Of a stretch of DNA of 32,519 bases, positions 5,713 to 12,540 are shown piece after piece. This DNA is from an uncultured Gammaproteobacteria bacterium. GTDB taxonomy: Bacteria; Patescibacteriota; Microgenomatia; Daviesbacterales; UBA10151. Below the pieces are notes generated by a model that searched no databases, was not told the origin of the DNA, and saw only the letters and a program-made list of their open reading frames with translations. Location: positions 17,885 to 50,403 of the forward strand of contig CAYTXH010000003.1 of assembly GCA_964441115.1 (NCBI GenBank), in the 5' to 3' direction. The position numbers and the translations under genes are program-made. Every line of letters starts with the position of its first letter. Positions within the stretch are counted from its first letter, which is position 1.

Positions 5713-8700
5713 ATGACTAAAATTGCTAGTGTTTTTATTCTTTTAATATTATTTGTCTCAATTGGTTTTGGGATATATTTATCACAACAAAATCAGTCTT
5801 TAAAAAGTCGAGCGAATGCTACACCTTCAATTCAAGCTTATTGCCAAGGAGTTCATGATAATCTCAGAATTCGAATCAATTGGTCAGGTCTCCCAGCCTT
5901 ACAAGCAGATCAGTATTATGATATTCGAACGTATGATAACTCTGGTGATGCAGATGCTGGACAAGATTCTCGAAACGGCCGAAATACGACACTAAATTCT
6001 GAAGGCAGTACATTTGTTACAGTTTCTAATCAGCCCAATAATAGCCAATTGGTGGCGGCTCATCGTCGTCCCTATCAAGTTTTAATTACTAGATTAGGTA
6101 GTGGAGGGAGCAATGTACCAATCGCTGATTCTGGAGTTTTTAGCTGTAAAGCTGACCCCTCAGACGTTAGAATTGATGAGCTTAGTGGTGGGGGTGATAG
6201 TTGCGGAGTGATTAGCGGACAAGCACGGATTAAATTAAATGCCTTTACCGATTTTTCTCTTTTCGCCAATAATCAAATTCACTTATGGTTAATGAAAGGT
6301 GGATGTGGCCTAGGCAATAATTCTAGCTGTAACCCACAGGGATATAATTCTAATTTATCCGAAGACACGATGGTTAAAATCATTAGTACTGATAATTTTG
6401 GTAGGTTTAGTTATGATCTGAAAAATGATCCGACAGTCGCTCATTTATTTGCTAATAATGCCAATCGAACGATTGCTCTTTACGGGGTTGGTGTGGCAGA
6501 TGCTGAGTTCTGGAATAATTTTTACTACACCCAGATAAATGTTAGTGGTTGTAGTGCTACAACTACTCCAATAGCAGATGAACCACCGACAATTAGCACT
6601 TGTGCCGGTGCTACAATTAGTTGTGCCCAAGGTTATCGATCAGCGCCCCATCCAGATCCTTCTCCTCCAAATCGCTGTTTAACTTGTGTACCAATTGAAA
6701 CACCAAATATTGATGTGACACAAAATAATGGTCAAGTTACAGTGACTTGGACTGGTCAAGCCAATGGTGTTTGGATTACAGATCAAGCAGTCGCCAATAT
6801 TGGTAATAATCCATTATGGTGTGGTTCATGTCGGAATATCTTAACTACCAGACAAACTGACGCCGCAGACGCTCCAAATCTTGCTGGTAATTCTTTTAGT
6901 TTTGGTTCTGATTTAGCTGGGTTTAGAGTAGAAGGAACTAGTCGGACAGACATCGGTAAATACAATTTAGTTAATGGTAAAAAATATTGGATTATGGTCA
7001 GCAATGGTAGTTTACTAAGTTCTAATGTGGAGTTTACTTATCAAGCACCAGTCACGACTCCTCCGGTAGGTGAACCAAACCCAAATCCATCCCCGGATCC
7101 TAACCCTCCAACAAATCCTCCTCCACCAGCACCAGTAAATACTAAAGCTACCGGAAGTGCTCAGGTACAGGGATGTCTACTTAGCGGTAATATAACAGAC
7201 AGCAATTATGTAAATAATGAAACCGGCAAATTGATTGCTGATTTATGGGTGTCGGGTAGTTATTACGTTAAAGATAGTTCTAACAAATGTGTTGCATCCA
7301 ATAGCTTGTATTTAGGCTATGCCGAAGCTAAATCAATCGCTAATAGTTCTGGCAATTACAGCTTTGATTTTTCTAATACAGCAACTTATGCAGCGGTTAC
7401 ATCTAGTAGTGGACAAAATGGTGTAACTTACAAAAACTCTACCTGTACTGAAGTTGCCTATCCTAATCAAGAAATAATTAAAAAAAGTCCTAAAGATGTG
7501 AGTGTCTATTTTATCGATCTCGGCGCTGATGGTAAAAGAGTCCCTGACTCTGCTTCTCCAGCACATAATTCTCAAGTTGTTCAAATCAGCTGTGATCCAG
7601 ATAAAGATGTTAAACCACTATTTGTTCGATTCAGCGAAAATGAGGATGACTTAAAACAATTTAGTCAAAATAAATGTAATTTAGATATCAATCAGGTAGT
7701 AACTAATAAAGTTGCTCCAGAAGCATACATTGCTAACGGTTGTCCTCCACTTAATGACATCAGTACCGGAATTGCGAAAATTAGTGAATATAAATTTAAA
7801 AACCAATCAGCAGGTCTTAAAACAATTTATGCCGAGTTTATTTATAGCAATGGCAAGACTGTTCAAAAGAAATCTAGTATTGAGGCAGTAGCTCCAGATC
7901 CGAAAATTACTAATTTAACTTGCGGTAAAGATTTGACTGGCCGTGGCCTAAGTCTAACAATCAAAGGTAATAATTTCTTAGCTAAGAATACTCAAAGCCA
8001 AATTAAAATCAATAATGCTACCGCCAATATCACTAACTGGAGTAATCCAAATGGCGGAGTTCAAACAGTTACCGCCACATATGAAGATTCAAAATTGACT
8101 CCAGAACAAGGTCAGCAATATAACATTACTTTAATTCGTGCCGATGGCAGGACTGATACTGCTAGCTGTTTAGTAGGAGTCAGTCAATTATCTTTAGGTG
8201 CCAAAGTTTGGTGCCGACAGCCAAGCAAGTACGATCAAGACAATGTTGAAGTTGTCATTGCTGAAGCCATTACTGGCGGGAAAAGAATCGAAACCAAAGT
8301 TAAGATTGATAAAGATGGCAATTTGCAGGGTATCAATAATCAGCTCAAAGCTGGTGCCTGTTATCGAATGAGTATTAAAGCTCCAAAAAGTGTCCGTCGG
8401 GTAGTTGAATTCCAAGCCCAAGAAGGTTCAACTATTATTCCAGATTTTCGATTACCAATTGGTGATATTTATCCAGATGGTGGTGGTGACGGGAAGATAA
8501 ATGCTAGTGATCGATCAGAAATCATTCGCCAATGGAGTGCGATTCGCTCTAGTAGTAATTCTGGATCTCTAGTTAAAACCGGAGATTTAAATATCGATTC
8601 CGTCATTAATTCCTTTGATTTCTCTTGTATGATGTATGATTATAACGAGGGTGATGCTCCAAAAGTTGAAGCTGGTCCAATCGATGGTTCTAAAAATCCA

Positions 8701-8784
8701 GCTCTTAAACAAAGTTGTGATGAATCATTTAATCAGAATAATTACAGTACTAATAATGCCACTGGGAGTGCCACGGTAAATTAA
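5713..8784 (+). CDS. Giant (1023 aa) membrane-anchored surface protein, beta-rich and multi-domain, with a Pro-rich linker and a C-terminal dockerin-like module
   Basis: N-terminal TM plus QQNQSLKSRANA motif. Linker PPVGEPNPNPSPDPNPPTNPPPPAP. Dockerin-like loops DGGGDGKINASD and DLNIDSVINSFD lie near the C-terminus. No catalytic motif recognised. Confidence 0.75.
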   Translation: MTKIASVFILLILFVSIGFGIYLSQQNQSLKSRANATPSIQAYCQGVHDNLRIRINWSGLPALQADQYYDIRTYDNSGDADAGQDSRNGRNTTLNSEGSTFVTVSNQPNNSQLVAAHRRPYQVLITRLGSGGSNVPIADSGVFSCKADPSDVRIDELSGGGDSCGVISGQARIKLNAFTDFSLFANNQIHLWLMKGGCGLGNNSSCNPQGYNSNLSEDTMVKIISTDNFGRFSYDLKNDPTVAHLFANNANRTIALYGVGVADAEFWNNFYYTQINVSGCSATTTPIADEPPTISTCAGATISCAQGYRSAPHPDPSPPNRCLTCVPIETPNIDVTQNNGQVTVTWTGQANGVWITDQAVANIGNNPLWCGSCRNILTTRQTDAADAPNLAGNSFSFGSDLAGFRVEGTSRTDIGKYNLVNGKKYWIMVSNGSLLSSNVEFTYQAPVTTPPVGEPNPNPSPDPNPPTNPPPPAPVNTKATGSAQVQGCLLSGNITDSNYVNNETGKLIADLWVSGSYYVKDSSNKCVASNSLYLGYAEAKSIANSSGNYSFDFSNTATYAAVTSSSGQNGVTYKNSTCTEVAYPNQEIIKKSPKDVSVYFIDLGADGKRVPDSASPAHNSQVVQISCDPDKDVKPLFVRFSENEDDLKQFSQNKCNLDINQVVTNKVAPEAYIANGCPPLNDISTGIAKISEYKFKNQSAGLKTIYAEFIYSNGKTVQKKSSIEAVAPDPKITNLTCGKDLTGRGLSLTIKGNNFLAKNTQSQIKINNATANITNWSNPNGGVQTVTATYEDSKLTPEQGQQYNITLIRADGRTDTASCLVGVSQLSLGAKVWCRQPSKYDQDNVEVVIAEAITGGKRIETKVKIDKDGNLQGINNQLKAGACYRMSIKAPKSVRRVVEFQAQEGSTIIPDFRLPIGDIYPDGGGDGKINASDRSEIIRQWSAIRSSSNSGSLVKTGDLNIDSVINSFDFSCMMYDYNEGDAPKVEAGPIDGSKNPALKQSCDESFNQNNYSTNNATGSATVN

Positions 8785-8785
8785 T

Positions 8786-9439
8786 ATGGATAACATCTCT
8801 GCCCCAATCATCGTTCAATCAAATCCCAATCAGACTTCGTCTCATTCTAGTGGTCAATTAGTCCAATGGTTAATCAAGATTGTGTTATTAGGTTTAGTCT
8901 TATTTGTTGGCTTTCAAGCTTGGCAAGCTTATCAATTATGGAGAACTCCTGAATCAGTTCCCGCAGCCGCAGCACCAGTTTTGACTGAAACAAATGGCGG
9001 TCGGATTCGCTTAATTAGTACTAAAGAAAATTATAAAGTTGGTGAAGAAGTTGTTATCTCAGCAGTGATTGATACTAATGGCCGCCGAGTTAATGGCATT
9101 GATTTAATGGGGTCATATGATCCGGGTGTTTTAACTGCTACTAATAGTGGTCGTCTTCGGACATTTCGCCCCGGAAATGTTTTTACCGAATACCCAATCA
9201 CTTTAATCGATGCCACTAATGGGGATATTCAGATCTCAGCTATTGCCACATTATCTCAAGCTGCTTATAGTGGAAATGGTCAATTAGCGACACTTACTTT
9301 TCTTGCTAGTCAACCTGGAATTACTACCGTCAGGCTCAATTTTAAAGCTGGAGAGACCACCGACAGTAATATGATTGATGCTGATGAGCTCGCTGATATC
9401 CTGACAAGTGTCCAAGATGTTACTATTAAAATAGAATGA
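8786..9439 (+). CDS. N-terminally membrane-anchored cohesin-like domain protein
   Basis: One TM helix (WLIKIVLLGLVLFVGF), then a single beta-sandwich-type module with cohesin-like hallmarks: YKVGEEVVISAVIDTNGRRVNGIDLMGSYDPGVLTA and YSGNGQLATLTFLASQPGITTVRLNF. It starts 1 nt after the upstream stop, and its stop overlaps the next ATG. Confidence 0.6.
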   Translation: MDNISAPIIVQSNPNQTSSHSSGQLVQWLIKIVLLGLVLFVGFQAWQAYQLWRTPESVPAAAAPVLTETNGGRIRLISTKENYKVGEEVVISAVIDTNGRRVNGIDLMGSYDPGVLTATNSGRLRTFRPGNVFTEYPITLIDATNGDIQISAIATLSQAAYSGNGQLATLTFLASQPGITTVRLNFKAGETTDSNMIDADELADILTSVQDVTIKIE

Positions 9440-10263
9440 TCAAAAATTGGTTAACTGCTGCCATTGTTATATTTGCTGGTTTAATGTTGCCTAGCTCCGC
9501 TATGGCTGCAACTCTGTCGCTATCCCCAACTGGTGGTAGTTATAATCGAGGCTGTACCTTTCAAGTTGCTGTTGTTTTAGATGCCACCAATGAACAGACT
9601 GATGGCACCGATGCTATCTTAATTTATGACACTACCAAATTAACCTTATCTGCCCAAGCTGTTCAAACTAATACTAGTATTTATCCTGATTATTCAAATT
9701 CATCAGACCCTTCAACCGGCAAAATTTCGATCTCTGGTATCGCTTCAGTTAGCCAAGCTTACTCAGGAAAAGGCAATATGGCCACTGTTAGTTTTCAAGT
9801 AAAATCTGATGCTGCTCCAGGTCCAATGGCTATTAGGTTTGATTTTGATAGCTCTAATAAAGATAAAACTACTGATTCAAATGTTGTCGAACGCGGCACA
9901 GTTAAAGAATTATTAACACAAGTTACAGATGGTAATTACACTATTGGTAGTGGCACAGGTTGTACTAGCAGTGGTTCAGGAACTTCTACAAGCACAGGAG
10001 GTACTGGTGGCACTGGAACTTCAACCTCAACCGCTAGTGGTAGTGGAACCACGGCAAAAGGTAACGCCCCAATTCCATTTCCAGTAGGAGCTGCTAGTAG
10101 CTCTGCTCAATTCCCAACATCAACAGTTATTCCGAATCAAACTGGAGTTTCTAAAGGCGGTCAAATTCTTAGCCCAGCTGGCACTTCAACACCATTAATC
10201 ATTATGGGAGCTGTCGCTGGAATATTAGTTGTTTTGGGCATCCTAGGGATTGCTTTACTCTAA
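9436..10263 (+). CDS. Secreted cohesin-like domain protein with a G/S/T-rich stalk and a C-terminal TM anchor
   Basis: Signal peptide ending SSAMAATLS. Cohesin-like hallmarks CTFQVAVVLDATNEQTDGTDAILIYDTTKLTL and YSGKGNMATVSFQVKSDAAPGPMAIRFDF. Stalk GSGTGCTSSGSGTSTSTGGTGGTGTSTSTASGSGT. Terminal hydrophobic helix PLIIMGAVAGILVVLGILGIALL. Confidence 0.6.
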   Translation: MIKNWLTAAIVIFAGLMLPSSAMAATLSLSPTGGSYNRGCTFQVAVVLDATNEQTDGTDAILIYDTTKLTLSAQAVQTNTSIYPDYSNSSDPSTGKISISGIASVSQAYSGKGNMATVSFQVKSDAAPGPMAIRFDFDSSNKDKTTDSNVVERGTVKELLTQVTDGNYTIGSGTGCTSSGSGTSTSTGGTGGTGTSTSTASGSGTTAKGNAPIPFPVGAASSSAQFPTSTVIPNQTGVSKGGQILSPAGTSTPLIIMGAVAGILVVLGILGIALL

Positions 10264-10266
10264 TCT

Positions 10267-11214
10267 ATGTCAAATGATAATCAGCTAGTCATCCTGGCGA
10301 AACTAACTACAGATTTTTTGGAATATTTAGAAATTGAGAGAAATGCCTCTCCATTAACAATTCGCAATTATCACCACTATTTGCAGCGTTTTGTTGATTT
10401 TGCCGGCACTGCTACTCCTCAACAAATAGATCTTAAATTAATTCGTCAGTACCGACTTCATCTAGCTCATTATCAAGATCCAATCACCCGTAAGCCTTTA
10501 AAAAGAGTCACCCAGAATTTCTTTATGATCGCTTTAAGAGCATTTCTGAAATATCTTGCCCGCCAAGATATTGAAACTCTTTCGCCTGAAAAAATCGAAT
10601 TAGGAGAAACTGATCCCTCTCCACTAAAAGTTTTAGATGATCAAAGTTTATCTAGATTATTATCTGCTCCAAACCCGGTGGGCAAAGACGGTTTGCGTGA
10701 TAAAGCTATTTTAGAGTTATTGTTTTCGACAGGTTTAAGAGTCTCGGAACTAGCTTCGCTAAACCGAGATCATATTAATTTTGAGCGTCGAGAATTTGGT
10801 GTAGTTGGTAAAGGCGGTAAAGAACGAGTTGTCTTTTTATCGGATAGTGCTATTGAGTGGCTGGAACAATATTTAGATTCAAGAAAAGACGATTTTCGGC
10901 CGCTTTTTATTCGTTATCAAGGACAAATTGATCCGACTGATCACGGCGATAATATGCGATTAACTACTCGATCAATTGAACGAATAGTCGAAAAATATGT
11001 CAAACAAGCAGGTTTAGCAGTTAAAGCTACACCACATACTCTTCGACATAACTTCGCAACTGATTTATTAGTAAATGGAGCCGATATCCGCTCAGTACAG
11101 GAAATGTTGGGCCATTCCAATATCGCTACAACTCAAGTTTATACCCATGTGACCAATAAACACTTAAAGGATGTTCATAAAGCGTTTCATTCTAAAAATC
11201 ATAGTGAGGAATAA
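10267..11214 (+). CDS. Tyrosine site-specific recombinase, XerC/XerD family
   Basis: N-terminal SAM-like core-binding region. Catalytic signature is present: STGLRVSEL (Arg), GKGGKERVV (Lys), HTLRHNFAT (His-x-x-Arg), LGHSNIATTQVYTHV (His and the Tyr nucleophile). Confidence 0.9.
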   Translation: MSNDNQLVILAKLTTDFLEYLEIERNASPLTIRNYHHYLQRFVDFAGTATPQQIDLKLIRQYRLHLAHYQDPITRKPLKRVTQNFFMIALRAFLKYLARQDIETLSPEKIELGETDPSPLKVLDDQSLSRLLSAPNPVGKDGLRDKAILELLFSTGLRVSELASLNRDHINFERREFGVVGKGGKERVVFLSDSAIEWLEQYLDSRKDDFRPLFIRYQGQIDPTDHGDNMRLTTRSIERIVEKYVKQAGLAVKATPHTLRHNFATDLLVNGADIRSVQEMLGHSNIATTQVYTHVTNKHLKDVHKAFHSKNHSEE

Positions 11215-11242
11215 TTATTTAGACCCCCAATAGACTTTTGTA

Positions 11243-11359
11243 GCGTCATTGCGAGCGGAGCGCGGCAATCTATATATTAATAGCTCGTAGGGTATGGGAT
11301 ATGGTAGGTGGAAAGGCAAATACTAGAAAGCAAAGATTGCTTCGTGCCTCGCAATGACG
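11243..11359. repeat. GC-rich palindromic (MITE/REP-like) element, copy 1
   Basis: Left arm GCGTCATTGCGAG...GCAATCT (11243-11271) pairs with right arm AGATTGC...CTCGCAATGACG (11334-11359). The 29 nt at 11331-11359 are identical to 23715-23743. The element lies in the convergent gap between xer and nfo. It is followed by the CCTACACGCTA direct repeat (11376 and 11420) and two mini-hairpins (11392-11402, 11408-11418). Confidence 0.85.
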
Positions 11360-11434
11360 AAATATGCTGCTAGCTCCTACACGCTAAACCTCGCCATAGG
11401 CGAAGCTCGCCTTTGGCGGCCTACACGCTAATTA

Positions 11435-12274
11435 CTAGAGATACGATTTTAACCGATCGACGTTTAGCTTATCCGGCCCGGATTTATTATCGCCTGGAAC
11501 TTCTAATAACCACGGGACTTTATTAAAGGGCTCTGTCTTCATTAATAATTTAAAAGCCTCTTCAGTTAAAAATCCTTCACCAATATTTTCGTGACGGTCT
11601 CGATGAGAATGAAATTCGGTTTTTGAATCATTTGCATGGATCGCTGCTAAATTATCAAAGCCAATTTGTTCCTCTAACTCTGCTACTAAATCTCTGATAC
11701 CTAAAGGTGTTCTGGTGTCATAACCAGCAGCAAAAGCGTGTTGTGTATCAAAACATATTTTAGCGCGAGGATCTGCTACCCCTGCTAAAATTTGACCTAA
11801 TTCTGAAAATGTTCCACCAATTGCCCCTCCTCCACCCGCTGAATTTTCTAATAATAATAAACTGTCAGATGGAGAACTGGCTAAAACTTCTTTAATTGAT
11901 TTAATAACTTGATCAACAATGGTTTGAAAGCCACTACCCTTATGTGAACCTAAGTGAAAAATAGTCCCGACTACCCCTAGTTGACTAGCCATATTCTGAG
12001 CATAGATCAGCCAGTCAATCGATTTTTGTAAATGGGCTGGATCCGCGCTGCCTAAATTAATTAAATAAGTTCCGTGAATAAAATTAGGTCCGATTCCTGT
12101 TTCTACTGCTCGTTCTTTAAATCGGGCAATGACCTCAGGGCTATGTTTGGATTGATCCCATCGTTGGGGTGGTGAAACAAAAAATTGAAAACAATCAGCG
12201 CCGATTTTCTCTGCCCGTTCAAAACATAAATCTAATGAAATAGCTGCTGAAACATGGCCGCCAATTTTGGGCAT
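11435..12274 (-). CDS. nfo: Deoxyribonuclease IV (endonuclease IV, AP endonuclease family 2)
   Basis: 279 aa with xylose-isomerase-like TIM barrel motifs: IGGHVS, HGTYLINL, LLENSAG, CFDTQHAFAAGYD, IHANDSK, DRHENIGEG. Confidence 0.9.
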   Translation of the reverse strand: MPKIGGHVSAAISLDLCFERAEKIGADCFQFFVSPPQRWDQSKHSPEVIARFKERAVETGIGPNFIHGTYLINLGSADPAHLQKSIDWLIYAQNMASQLGVVGTIFHLGSHKGSGFQTIVDQVIKSIKEVLASSPSDSLLLLENSAGGGGAIGGTFSELGQILAGVADPRAKICFDTQHAFAAGYDTRTPLGIRDLVAELEEQIGFDNLAAIHANDSKTEFHSHRDRHENIGEGFLTEEAFKLLMKTEPFNKVPWLLEVPGDNKSGPDKLNVDRLKSYL

Positions 12275-12276
12275 TC

Positions 12277-12534
12277 TTAAATAGGTTTGCCCCCAAAACC
12301 GAATTGCAAAATATCTCGAATAAAACCAATTGCTTGATAGGGCCAGCTAAAAGCGACTAAGAAAAAATTAGGACTAAAATAACCGAAAGCTTCCCAATGG
12401 TAGTAATAAGCAAAATAAACTGCGAAGACCAAACCGAAAACGAAATAACACACGCCAATATTGGAAACAATTTTCTCAACTCTTCTACGACGACGATCTT
12501 TTTCTTCGAGATTCTCTTCAACTGGTTGATTCAT
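12277..12534 (-). CDS. Small two-TM membrane protein, unknown function
   Basis: 85 aa with a charged N-terminus (KDRRRRRVEK) and two hydrophobic helices. It sits 6 nt after gyrA and 2 nt before nfo, so it is probably co-transcribed with them. Confidence 0.5.
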   Translation of the reverse strand: MNQPVEENLEEKDRRRRRVEKIVSNIGVCYFVFGLVFAVYFAYYYHWEAFGYFSPNFFLVAFSWPYQAIGFIRDILQFGFGGKPI

Positions 12535-12540
12535 AAGTGA

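Noticed and set aside
1740-10263. A classical cellulosome
   Set aside because: No glycoside hydrolase, carbohydrate-binding module or multi-cohesin scaffoldin is present. Each anchor has a single cohesin-like module and the dockerin-bearing proteins look non-enzymatic.
10267-11214. Prophage or integrative element integrase with att sites
   Set aside because: The protein has the Xer-type N-terminal domain and length. No phage genes are nearby, and I found no direct repeats bracketing the locus.
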